A program made the position numbers and the translations under genes. From an uncultured Clostridia bacterium (GTDB taxonomy: Bacteria > Bacillota > Clostridia > TANB77 > CAG-465), in the NCBI GenBank assembly GCA_947632635.1, contig CANRQA010000002.1, positions 5-64,004 on the forward strand: a DNA stretch of 64,000 bases. Reading direction: 5' to 3'. Position 1 is the stretch's first letter. Each line of letters opens with the position of its first letter. Positions 1-9,059 of the stretch are shown here, one piece after another. The notes beneath the pieces are model-generated. The model worked only from the letters and a program-made list of their open reading frames with translations, had not been told where the DNA came from and ran no database searches.

Positions 1-68
1 TAGAAGTATTTGAAGAAGGATTAGCATATTTAGGAAAAGATAAGAAAAAGCAAAAGGTAGCAGAGGAA

Positions 69-1898
69 ATGGGCTATATAATAGGAAACCCAAATGATGC
101 AGTATTAAGAACATGGACATATGATTCACAAGATGATTTTCATGCTGAAGAATATAGAACAAAAATAACAAAGATAAAATTTATAACAAGCAATAAAGTG
201 CCAGATGGAGTAATAAAGTCATGGGATGTATCAGAAGGAAACAATGGAGGAGTAATGGCATGGATAGTAGATGATGGAGAAGACGGATATGAATTAACAA
301 TAGGTGGAAATAAAAAAATAATAGCAAATAAAAATTCAAATTATATGTTTTACAACTTTACAGCAATAAAAGAGATAGATATAAGGGTGTTAGATACAAG
401 TCAGGTAACAAATATGGCTGGTATGTTTCAAGGATGTAGTAGTTTAGAAAACATAGATGTAAGTCATTTTGATACGAGTAAAGTAATAAATATTACTTCT
501 ATGTTTAGATATTGTAGTAATTTAATAAATGTAGATTTAAGCTATTTTGATACAAGTAAAGTAACAAGTATGTATTGGATGTTTTCTGAATGTAGCAATT
601 TAATAAGTTTAAATTTAGGCGGTAAATTTGATACAAGTAGTGTCAAAAACATGGCATGTATGTTTTATGGATGTAAAAACTTGAAAGAATTAGATTTAAG
701 TGAATTTGATACAAGTATGTCAAAAAGCATGGATAGTATGTTTCGAGAATGCAGTAGTTTAACTAGTTTGGATGTAAGTAAATTTGATACAAGTAGTGTA
801 ACGAACATGGGATGTATGTTTTATGAATGTGAGTCTTTAACAAGTCTAAATTTAGGTAGTACGTTTGATACGAGTCAAGTAGAAGATATGGAATATATGT
901 TTTATAATTGTAGCAGTTTAATAAGTTTAGATTTAGGCAGTAAATTTAACACGAGCCAGGTAACAAATATGTATGCTATGTTTTGTGGATGTAGTAATTT
1001 AACAAATTTGGATTTAAGTGGCTTTAGCACAAGTAAAGTAACGAAAATGCAATATATGTTTCATAGATGCAATAATTTAGCAATGTTAGATGTGAGCAGT
1101 TTTGATACAAGTAATGTAACGAGTACGGGAAATATGTTTAGTGGATGTGGCAGTTTAACAAGTCTAGATGTAAGTAAATTTGATACTAGTCAAGTAAGAA
1201 GTATGAATTCTATGTTTGAGTCATGTAGTAGCTTAATAAGTATAGATGTAAGTAATTTTAATACTAGTCAAGTAACAGATATGTCTGGTGTGTTTAGAGG
1301 ATGTGAGTGCTTAACAATTTTAAATTTAAGCAGTTTTGATACAAGTAATTCAACAAATATGAATGCGATGTTTTATCAATGCCACAATTTAACAAATTTA
1401 GAATTAGGTAGTAAATTTGATACAAGCAAAGTAAAAAGTATGGCAAGGATGTTTGCTGGCTGTAGTAGTTTAACAAATTTAAATTTAGGCAGTAAATTTG
1501 ATACTAGTCAAGTAACAGATATGACGGCTATGTTTGATTCATGTAGTAGATTGACAAGTATAGATGTAAGTAAATTTAATACTAGTCAAGTAACAAATAT
1601 GAGTAATATGTTTTCAAGATGCTATGAATTAACGGATATAGATCTAAGTAATTTTGATACAAGTAATGTAACGGACATGGAATGTATGTTTTGGGAAAGT
1701 ATAAAAATTAAGACAAGTATAGCAATAATGAATATTAATATGAATAATTATTATATGATTTTCTCCCAAGCAGCAACAAGAGAAGGGGCTGAAATAAAAG
1801 TAAATTATACCAAAGAAACCTCAGAACTTGTCGATAAAATTATAAATACTAAGACGGTTAATTCTCATGTTGTAAAAGGTGATGAAATCAGTATATAA
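69..1898 (+). CDS. BspA-type / DUF285 leucine-rich-repeat surface protein (possibly 5'-truncated by window edge)
   Basis: 609-aa ORF. It has 17 tandem ~25-aa units of pattern (F/L)(D/N/S)TSxVTxMxxMFxxCxxLxxLDLSx. The frame stays open upstream to nt 3, so the true start may lie outside the window. Confidence 0.75.
   Translation: MGYIIGNPNDAVLRTWTYDSQDDFHAEEYRTKITKIKFITSNKVPDGVIKSWDVSEGNNGGVMAWIVDDGEDGYELTIGGNKKIIANKNSNYMFYNFTAIKEIDIRVLDTSQVTNMAGMFQGCSSLENIDVSHFDTSKVINITSMFRYCSNLINVDLSYFDTSKVTSMYWMFSECSNLISLNLGGKFDTSSVKNMACMFYGCKNLKELDLSEFDTSMSKSMDSMFRECSSLTSLDVSKFDTSSVTNMGCMFYECESLTSLNLGSTFDTSQVEDMEYMFYNCSSLISLDLGSKFNTSQVTNMYAMFCGCSNLTNLDLSGFSTSKVTKMQYMFHRCNNLAMLDVSSFDTSNVTSTGNMFSGCGSLTSLDVSKFDTSQVRSMNSMFESCSSLISIDVSNFNTSQVTDMSGVFRGCECLTILNLSSFDTSNSTNMNAMFYQCHNLTNLELGSKFDTSKVKSMARMFAGCSSLTNLNLGSKFDTSQVTDMTAMFDSCSRLTSIDVSKFNTSQVTNMSNMFSRCYELTDIDLSNFDTSNVTDMECMFWESIKIKTSIAIMNINMNNYYMIFSQAATREGAEIKVNYTKETSELVDKIINTKTVNSHVVKGDEISI
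370..1705 (+). repeat. Tandem ~75-bp coding repeats (LRR units) inside the BspA-like gene
   Basis: Recurring TTTGATAC(A/T/G)AGT...ATGTTT...TGTAG... blocks at about 75-nt period. Confidence 0.8.
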
Positions 1899-2014
1899 AT
1901 ATTGTATTTTGTAGTAAATAATAAAAATAAAAGAATCTAAGTGAAAAACTTATCATTTGGATTCTTTTATTTAGTATAATGAGTGTAAGTTAAATGTATA
2001 GTATGCAAAAAATA

Positions 2015-2043
2015 TTGACAAATGGCACATAAGAATATATAAT
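2015..2043 (+). promoter_or_regulatory. sigma-A type promoter upstream of the SNF2 helicase
   Basis: TTGACA (2015-2020), 17-nt spacer, TATAAT (2038-2043). Confidence 0.6.
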
Positions 2044-2074
2044 GTTTGCTAGGAAAATGTTTAGGTGATAACAT

Positions 2075-5000
2075 ATGTTAATGAACTCAGAAGAAATAAA
2101 TCTATTATTAAATATGGCAGGAGATAATGTTACAAAAGCAGGGAAAAAATATTTTGAACAAGAAAGAGTAACAATAAAGGGGATTGAATATATAAACGAG
2201 AAAAATTATAAAATACTGGTATGTATAAAAGATGAGAATGGTGAGTTATTTTATGCAAATATTAATAAAAGAAACGGAGTGATTTCTCATCATTGTACTT
2301 GTAAACATGATAGTATATTAAATTGCAAGCATCTGGTAGCTGCATATTTTGATATGTATATTAATCCAGATAAATATATAAATCTTGTAGAAGATAAAAA
2401 AATAGATGCTCAAGATGTGCAAAACTCAAATATTGTTAGCGTAAAAGATCTTCATTATAACGAACAGGATGAACCTGAAAATTTAAGTACAAATTCTGAG
2501 TATGAAGTTACTCCGGCAGATTTTAATAATATATATATAACAAATAAATTGATTACATATTATGATAATATACAAGAAAATGATGTAACTTTTAATTCAA
2601 ATATAAGTATAATACCATATTTTATTGTTGATAGTTTTTCTTGTCATGGTGATCGTATTTTTGTTTCATTTAAACTTATGTTAAAAAGGGCATATAATAT
2701 TAAAAATTTGCATAATTTTGCAGTATGTATTAAGAATAGAAGAACATATAGTTATGGTAAAGATTTATCATTTAAGCATACTTTAGATGCTTTTGATGAA
2801 AACTCAAAATATTTAGCAAATTTTATTAAAAGTAAGGTCGAAGAGTATGAAGCATGTGTAGAATATTATAATGAAAATGACGAGTATTTTGAAGTATGCG
2901 ATAGAATATTACTTTCTGGTAGGACACTTGATGAAATGGTTAAATATGCTTCAAAGCTTGATTATATAGAACTTCAGGAACAAATAAAATCTAGAGATAA
3001 AAAGTTTAAAAAACAAATTATAAAAATTGTGGATGCTAACCCAAAGCTTAATTTTAAAGTGACAAAAGAAAATGGTAGATTAGTAATTATTAATGATGAA
3101 ATCTTTAATATAAAGATATTTAGAGGCGAACAAGCAAATTATTTACTTCTTAAAAATACGTTGTATAAATGTTCAAAGGGGTTCTCTGAGGAAATATTCC
3201 CAGTTATTGAAACGTTTAAATCAGGACTTGTTGTAACTGATAAAATATCCATTCCAAGTAGAAAAAGTTCTATAGTATATGAAGATGTAATTACAAGGCT
3301 AAAGGGAAAAGTTGATTTAGATATTGATGAGGAAATAGAAAAAGAATATGCAGTGCAAAATTTTGGTACAAAAATATATCTAGATATTCATGATGATGGA
3401 ACTTTAGTAGCAAAAGTAAAGTTTTGCTACGAAAATGCAGAGTTTAATCCATTTAAAATAGAAGAAAAAATTGATATAAAAAGGAATATAAAAAAAGAAA
3501 AGAAAGTTATAAAAATATTTGAAGAAAATAGGTTTTTACTTAATAAGAAAAATGGCGTTATATATTTAAAAGATGATGAGGACATATATAATTTTTTGCA
3601 AAATGGAATAAATAGATTTATGCAAAAATTTGAAGTGCTCGTTACTGAAAAATTTAAAAAGAAAAATATAGTTAGACCTAAAAATATTACTATGGGAGTA
3701 AGAGTTTCAAATAATCTTTTGGAAATAGATTTAAATGATTTAGGCTTTAGCAAAGAAGAACTTGAAAATGTATTTAAGAGTTATAAATTAAAGAAAAAAT
3801 ATTATAGACTAAAAGATGGTAGTTTTTTTGATTTAGAATCGTCTGGTATTAACGCTTTGGCAAATTTAAGTGATAGTCTCGATATAAGAAAAGATGATAT
3901 GATAAATGGAAAAATACATATTCCAAAATATCGAACTATATATTTAGATAATATTATAAAAGATAATGAGAATATAAAATTAAGTAAAGATGAGTTATTT
4001 AAGGACATTGTAAATGATATTACAAATTTTGAAGATACAAAATTTGCTCTTCCTACAAATTTAAAAGCAATTTTAAGAGAATATCAAAAAACGGGCTTTA
4101 ACTGGTTAAAACTTCTTGATAAGTATAACTTTGGTGGCATACTTGCTGATGATATGGGACTTGGTAAAACATTGCAGGTTATATCTGTTTTACAATCAGC
4201 TAAAGAAAACAAAAATAAAAAGCCGTCTATTGTAGTGTGCCCTAGTTCACTATATATAAATTGGCAAAAGGAAATTAATAGGTTTGCTCCAGAACTTAAA
4301 GTCATAATCGTTTCAGGGAATGCAGAAAAAAGAGAAAAAATTATTAAAAATATTAACAATTATGATGTAGCTTTAACTTCATATGATATTTTAAAAAGGG
4401 ATATAGAAAAATATAGCGAAATAACATTTAAGTATATAATTGCAGATGAAGCACAATATATAAAAAATAATAATACACAGAATGCAAAATCTTTAAAATT
4501 ACTTAATGGAATGACAAAATTTGCTTTAACAGGAACACCTATGGAAAATTCTTTATCTGAACTTTGGTCTATATTTGATTTTTGTATGCCGGGATATCTA
4601 TTTAGTTATAAAAAGTTTAAGGAAAATTTTGAAATTCCAATTGTTAAAGATGAGGATAAAGAGGCAAAAGAAAGATTACAAAAGATTGTAGCACCATTTA
4701 TACTTAGAAGAACTAAAAAAGAAGTTTTAACAGAACTTCCTGATAAGACAGAAACCCATATGTATAATGAAATGACTGAAGCACAAGAGAAGATATATAA
4801 ATCATATTTAGCTCAAGCCAAAAAAGAAATGGAAAATGAAGTAAAAGAAAATGGTTTTGAAAAAAGTAGAATGAAGATACTTTCACTTATTACAAGGCTT
4901 AGACAGATTTGTTGCCATCCATCACTTTTTATAGATAATTATGAGGGTGAAAGTGCAAAATTAAATCAGTGTATGCAAATTGTTGAAGATGCAATATTTT

Positions 5001-5464
5001 CAGGTCATAAACTACTTATATTTTCTCAATTTACTTCAATGTTTGAAATTATATCAAAAGAACTAGAAAAAAGAAATATTAAATTTTATACATTAACAGG
5101 TAAAACTGATATTGTAACAAGAGTTGATTTAGTTGAAAAATTTAATACAAATAATGATATATCAGTATTTTTGGTATCATTAAAAGCAGGGGGAACAGGA
5201 CTTAATTTAATAGGTGCAGACATGGTAATTCATTATGATCCTTGGTGGAATTTATCTGTTCAAAATCAAGCTACAGATAGGGCATATAGAATAGGACAAA
5301 AGAGTAATGTACAAGTTTTTAAACTAATAACTCAAAATACGATAGAGGAAAAAATACAAAAATTGCAGGAAAGTAAACAGGAACTTACAGATAGTATAGT
5401 AAAATCTGGTGAAACATTTATTAATAAAATTAGTAAAGAAGAATTATTATCTTTGTTTGAATAA
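2075..5464 (+). CDS. SWIM zinc-finger + SNF2-family DEAD/H helicase (YwqA/RapA-like)
   Basis: N-terminal SWIM-like CxC...CxH (HHCTCKHDSILNCKHLVAAY). Helicase motifs DDMGLGKT, DEAQYIKN, LTGTPMEN, and C-terminal LKAGGTGLNL / QATDRAYRIGQ. Confidence 0.9.
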   Translation: MLMNSEEINLLLNMAGDNVTKAGKKYFEQERVTIKGIEYINEKNYKILVCIKDENGELFYANINKRNGVISHHCTCKHDSILNCKHLVAAYFDMYINPDKYINLVEDKKIDAQDVQNSNIVSVKDLHYNEQDEPENLSTNSEYEVTPADFNNIYITNKLITYYDNIQENDVTFNSNISIIPYFIVDSFSCHGDRIFVSFKLMLKRAYNIKNLHNFAVCIKNRRTYSYGKDLSFKHTLDAFDENSKYLANFIKSKVEEYEACVEYYNENDEYFEVCDRILLSGRTLDEMVKYASKLDYIELQEQIKSRDKKFKKQIIKIVDANPKLNFKVTKENGRLVIINDEIFNIKIFRGEQANYLLLKNTLYKCSKGFSEEIFPVIETFKSGLVVTDKISIPSRKSSIVYEDVITRLKGKVDLDIDEEIEKEYAVQNFGTKIYLDIHDDGTLVAKVKFCYENAEFNPFKIEEKIDIKRNIKKEKKVIKIFEENRFLLNKKNGVIYLKDDEDIYNFLQNGINRFMQKFEVLVTEKFKKKNIVRPKNITMGVRVSNNLLEIDLNDLGFSKEELENVFKSYKLKKKYYRLKDGSFFDLESSGINALANLSDSLDIRKDDMINGKIHIPKYRTIYLDNIIKDNENIKLSKDELFKDIVNDITNFEDTKFALPTNLKAILREYQKTGFNWLKLLDKYNFGGILADDMGLGKTLQVISVLQSAKENKNKKPSIVVCPSSLYINWQKEINRFAPELKVIIVSGNAEKREKIIKNINNYDVALTSYDILKRDIEKYSEITFKYIIADEAQYIKNNNTQNAKSLKLLNGMTKFALTGTPMENSLSELWSIFDFCMPGYLFSYKKFKENFEIPIVKDEDKEAKERLQKIVAPFILRRTKKEVLTELPDKTETHMYNEMTEAQEKIYKSYLAQAKKEMENEVKENGFEKSRMKILSLITRLRQICCHPSLFIDNYEGESAKLNQCMQIVEDAIFSGHKLLIFSQFTSMFEIISKELEKRNIKFYTLTGKTDIVTRVDLVEKFNTNNDISVFLVSLKAGGTGLNLIGADMVIHYDPWWNLSVQNQATDRAYRIGQKSNVQVFKLITQNTIEEKIQKLQESKQELTDSIVKSGETFINKISKEELLSLFE

Positions 5465-5540
5465 AATGGAAGATAAATTCTTCTTTTTATTATTCCTTTT
5501 CTTTTTCTTTAAATAATTAAATCATACAATAACATAATAA

Positions 5541-5569
5541 TTGACAATTATGTAAATATGTGATATACT
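5541..5569 (+). promoter_or_regulatory. sigma-A promoter (extended -10) for the small membrane-protein pair
   Basis: TTGACA-17-TGaTATACT. Confidence 0.6.
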
Positions 5570-5625
5570 TATATTATATAATTATCAATATTCTATTTTA
5601 AATAAAAAAGAAAGGAAGAAGTCAA

Positions 5626-6129
5626 ATGTCAAAAACAAAAAATAACGTAGTTCGGTTCAAAGATTGGGTAGTAGTTAATTGGAGTAATATCAGTACAAAT
5701 CTTATAGTAGCTATTGCTATTATCACATTTTCAGTGTCACTTATCATACTTAGCAATAGCGACAAAACAACTGAAAAAGAGTATCAAAAAATGGAAACTT
5801 TAGTTTATGATACCTTTGAGGAGTTAAAGACAGAAGATATTTTAATTGGTAAACCGGAAACAACATTAACAAGAAAAATAAGTGGTATAGAAATAACGGT
5901 AAATGCTTCTAAAATAGAAGCAAAGATTTTGGGGAAATTTGGCTTTGTAGAGGCTACATTTGATATGCAAGGTAATATAAATATAAGAAGAATTACTGAA
6001 AAAACCATTTTTATATTGAGAAATTTATTGTGTTCAGTTCTTTTGACAAGCATTTTAGGAATATTGTTACCTACTTTTATATTTAAAGTGCTTATTCCTG
6101 AAAGAATATTTGGCGAAGAATTAATATGA
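5626..6129 (+). CDS. Small membrane protein, paralog family member A (unknown function)
   Basis: SD AAAGGAAG upstream. N-terminal TM, ~90-aa central domain, C-terminal TM. Same architecture and partial motif sharing (EKEYQKME.. / LTRKI.G..ITVN) with 6145 and 8385. Confidence 0.6.
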   Translation: MSKTKNNVVRFKDWVVVNWSNISTNLIVAIAIITFSVSLIILSNSDKTTEKEYQKMETLVYDTFEELKTEDILIGKPETTLTRKISGIEITVNASKIEAKILGKFGFVEATFDMQGNINIRRITEKTIFILRNLLCSVLLTSILGILLPTFIFKVLIPERIFGEELI

Positions 6130-6144
6130 AAGGATGAAAAAAGT

Positions 6145-6687
6145 ATGTTAGCAGATTTTGAAGGCGGATATATCCCTAGAAGAAAAGGAATTGAACAAGT
6201 TAAAGAAAAACGGTTTAGTAGGAACTATATAAAAGCCCACAGGAACGGTATAATTAATATTATAATTGCAATTTGCACTATTGCCACTTTTATATTACTT
6301 CTAAATCTTATGCTAAATTCGGTATTCAAAGCTGCACGTGAGAAACAGTATAAACAAATGGAAAATGCGATTTTGTATGTATATGATGAATTAAATGAAA
6401 AAAATATTATTATTTCAGATGTTTTATGTGATTATCAAGGAAAACTAACAAGAAAAGTGGGAGATGTAAACGTTACTTTAAATAATAATGAAATTAGTGC
6501 TAACATGAGCGAAAGTTATTTTGGATATGTAAAAGCAGTACTTAATTTTAAAGTTGGGCTTCAATATGAAAGAATAACTGATGAAGGAGGTCGTATCTTT
6601 TTATCTATAGCTATTTCTACAATGGCGACACTCGTTGCATATTTTTTCTTTTATTTGTTTGGAGAATTGTTTAAAGAGTTAACTTAA
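6145..6687 (+). CDS. Small membrane protein, paralog B
   Basis: Shares LLLNLMLNSVFK..EKQYKQMENAI.YVYDELNEK..LQYERI with the 8385 ORF. Confidence 0.65.
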   Translation: MLADFEGGYIPRRKGIEQVKEKRFSRNYIKAHRNGIINIIIAICTIATFILLLNLMLNSVFKAAREKQYKQMENAILYVYDELNEKNIIISDVLCDYQGKLTRKVGDVNVTLNNNEISANMSESYFGYVKAVLNFKVGLQYERITDEGGRIFLSIAISTMATLVAYFFFYLFGELFKELT

Positions 6688-6690
6688 TGG

Positions 6691-6721
6691 AAAATGGAGA
6701 GTAAATTACTCTCCATTTTTT
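6691..6721 (+). terminator. Rho-independent terminator
   Basis: AAAATGGAGAGTAAATTACTCTCCATTTTTT hairpin plus T-run. Confidence 0.8.
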
Positions 6722-6867
6722 GCGCTCAAATTAATATATTTTTTCTAAAAATAAAATTAAAAATTTTTCATTATGTTTTTTTTACAAATATTTTAGTTAA
6801 TATGTCATATAAATAAAATGTTAAATTCTTAATTTTAGGTTATATTTGTAAATTTATCATAAAAGTA

Positions 6868-6896
6868 TTGTAATAAACGAAGTTATATGCTACAAT
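6868..6896 (+). promoter_or_regulatory. sigma-A promoter for the ATPase gene
   Basis: TTGTAA-17-TACAAT. Confidence 0.5.
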
Positions 6897-6956
6897 ATAA
6901 GTATGAAAAATGCAATTGAAATTGCAAAAATCATATTTGTTAAAAAAGGAGATATT

Positions 6957-8273
6957 ATGAAACGTTTAGCATATAATGAATTATTAAATTGGAAAAAATC
7001 AAAAAATAGAAAGCCACTTATTGTAAAAGGAGTAAGGCAATGTGGAAAGACATGGCTTTTAAAAGAATTTGGAAAAAATAATTATGAAGATGTTGCATAT
7101 TTTAATTTTGAGGGCAATATTTCTTTACAAGAACGTTTTTCACAAGATTTAGATGTAAATGGGATAATTGAAGAGCTAAGTATATTAAATAATAAAGTTA
7201 TAAAAAAGGAAACTACTCTTATAATATTTGATGAGATACAATTTTGTGGTAATGCAATTACTGCACTTAAATATTTTTATGAAAATGCACCAGAATATCA
7301 TATTGTTTGCGCAGGTTCATTACTAGGATTATTGTTGTCTAAACCATTGTCATTTCCTGTAGGTAAAGTTGATTTTTTAGAATTACGACCTATGAGCTTT
7401 TATGAGTTTTTAATGGCAAATGATGAAACTCTATTAATTAAATACTTAGAAGAACATATAGAAAAAGTACCAACTACTTTTGAAGAAAAATTAAAAAAAT
7501 ATTTAAAATATTATTATATAGTTGGCGGAATGCCAGAGGTTGTTGATACTTGGATAAAAACAAAAGACATAGAGCAAGTTGAAAAAATACAAGACTTTAT
7601 ACTTTCTTCTTATGAATTGGATTTTGCAAAACACGCTCCTTTATATGATGTACCTAAATTAAGTTTAATATGGGATTATATCCCTAGAGTATTATCAAAA
7701 GATAACTCTAAATTTATATACGGTCATGTAAAAAGTGGTGCTAGAGCTAAAGATTTAAAAGATGCATTATGTTGGTTAATTGATGCTAATTTATGTTATA
7801 AAGTAAATAAAATTGAAAAACCAAGTATCCCAATAAGTTCATATGTTGATATATCTAATTTTAAGATATATATGTGTGATGTTGGGCTATTAAGACGAAA
7901 AGCAAAAGTTGAAGCAAGTCAAATAATTTTTGCTGATAATGATAATTACAAGGAATTTAAAGGAGCACTTGCTGAAAATTTTGTTTTATTGGAGTTAATA
8001 AAATTAAATCATGATATACCGTATTATTGGACTTCTTCAAATACTGCGGAGGTAGATTTTGTAATGCAATTAAAAGAAGATATAATTCCTTTTGAAGTTA
8101 AGGCGGGAGTTAATTTGGAGGCAAAAAGTTTAGCAATTTATAGAAAAAAATATAACCCTAAAATATCCGTAAAAACTTCAATGAAAAATGTTGAAATACA
8201 AGAAAATATATTAAATTTACCTTTATACTTATTATGGAATTTAGAAAGCTATATAAAAAAATATTATAAATAG
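6957..8273 (+). CDS. AAA+ ATPase, COG1373/DUF4143-type ATP-binding protein
   Basis: Walker A GVRQCGKTW, Walker B-like LIIFDEIQ. Start chosen at ATG 6957 behind SD AAAGGAG; the ORF track starts at 6903. Confidence 0.75.
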   Translation: MKRLAYNELLNWKKSKNRKPLIVKGVRQCGKTWLLKEFGKNNYEDVAYFNFEGNISLQERFSQDLDVNGIIEELSILNNKVIKKETTLIIFDEIQFCGNAITALKYFYENAPEYHIVCAGSLLGLLLSKPLSFPVGKVDFLELRPMSFYEFLMANDETLLIKYLEEHIEKVPTTFEEKLKKYLKYYYIVGGMPEVVDTWIKTKDIEQVEKIQDFILSSYELDFAKHAPLYDVPKLSLIWDYIPRVLSKDNSKFIYGHVKSGARAKDLKDALCWLIDANLCYKVNKIEKPSIPISSYVDISNFKIYMCDVGLLRRKAKVEASQIIFADNDNYKEFKGALAENFVLLELIKLNHDIPYYWTSSNTAEVDFVMQLKEDIIPFEVKAGVNLEAKSLAIYRKKYNPKISVKTSMKNVEIQENILNLPLYLLWNLESYIKKYYK

Positions 8274-8311
8274 TTTAAAGTGCTAAATTGAAATAGTTTA
8301 ACTTTAAAGTC

Positions 8312-8340
8312 TTGACATAACATCAAGGCTGATGTATAAT
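8312..8340 (+). promoter_or_regulatory. sigma-A promoter
   Basis: TTGACA-17-TATAAT, perfect consensus. Confidence 0.65.
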
Positions 8341-8384
8341 GTAACTAACTTAATTAAATAATTTCTAATAATTAATATGAAAGG

Positions 8385-8918
8385 ATGAAAAAAAGCATGG
8401 TATCTAATGAAACTACAAAAAGAGGTAATACCAAAAAAGAAAAGCGGTTTAGAAATTATATAAAAGTCTACTGGGACGTTATAGGTAATGTTATAGTTGC
8501 AATTTTCACTATTGCTAGTTTTATATTACTTCTAAATCTCATGCTAAATTCGGTATTCAAAGGCACACAAGAGAAACAGTATAAACAAATGGAAAATGCA
8601 ATTTCATATGTATATGATGAATTAAATGAAAAGGATGTTATTTCAGATGTTTTAGCTAATAATCAAACAGAAGTAACAAGACAAGTAGGAAATGTAACAG
8701 TTACTTTAAATAATACTGAAATAACTGCTAGAATAAACGGATATGATTTTGGATATGTAAGAGCACCTTTCAATTTTAAAGGTGAGCTTCAATATGAAAG
8801 AATAAATGATAATGGATTTCGTATCTTTGTATCTATAGTTTTATCTTTAATTGCTTTAGGCATTGTATTTTCTGTTTTACTTTTAATTAAAGAATTGTTT
8901 AAAGAATTTTTTTGGTAA
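8385..8918 (+). CDS. Small membrane protein, paralog C (start may be ATG 8397)
   Basis: Close paralog of 6145..6687. By analogy with paralog B, the ATG 12 nt after GAAAGGA (8397) is the likelier start. Confidence 0.65.
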   Translation: MKKSMVSNETTKRGNTKKEKRFRNYIKVYWDVIGNVIVAIFTIASFILLLNLMLNSVFKGTQEKQYKQMENAISYVYDELNEKDVISDVLANNQTEVTRQVGNVTVTLNNTEITARINGYDFGYVRAPFNFKGELQYERINDNGFRIFVSIVLSLIALGIVFSVLLLIKELFKEFFW

Positions 8919-8925
8919 CTTAATA

Positions 8926-8957
8926 AAAAATGGAGAGTAATTTACTCTCCATTTTTT
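8926..8957 (+). terminator. Rho-independent terminator (duplicate of 6691-6721)
   Basis: AAAAATGGAGAGTAATTTACTCTCCATTTTTT. Confidence 0.8.
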
Positions 8958-9059
8958 GCGATTAAATCTATATATTTTTTCTAAAAATAAAATTAAAAAT
9001 TTTTCATTATGATTTTTTTCTACAAATATTTTAGTTAATATGTAATATAAATAAAGTGG

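Larger units (their letters stand above)
8385..9058. repeat. Segmental duplicate of 6145-6820 (gene + terminator + ~100 bp downstream flank)
   Basis: The 3' flanks 6688-6820 and 8919-9058 are almost identical (TTTTTTCTAAAAATAAAATTAAAAATTTTTCATTATG...TTTTAGTTAATATGT.ATATAAATAAA.TG). The gene bodies are diverged paralogs. Confidence 0.8.

Noticed and set aside
6211-6213. CGG as an unassigned or reassigned codon, as an explanation for the three CGG-creating frameshifts
   Set aside because: In-frame CGG codons occur in apparently normal ORFs at 5653, 6211, 8445, 10130, 51142 and 51422. They fall where Arg is sensible: K-R-F is conserved in two paralogues, and LRTV lies after the FAD-binding motif. 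A general reassignment or obligatory skipping of CGG is therefore not supported.
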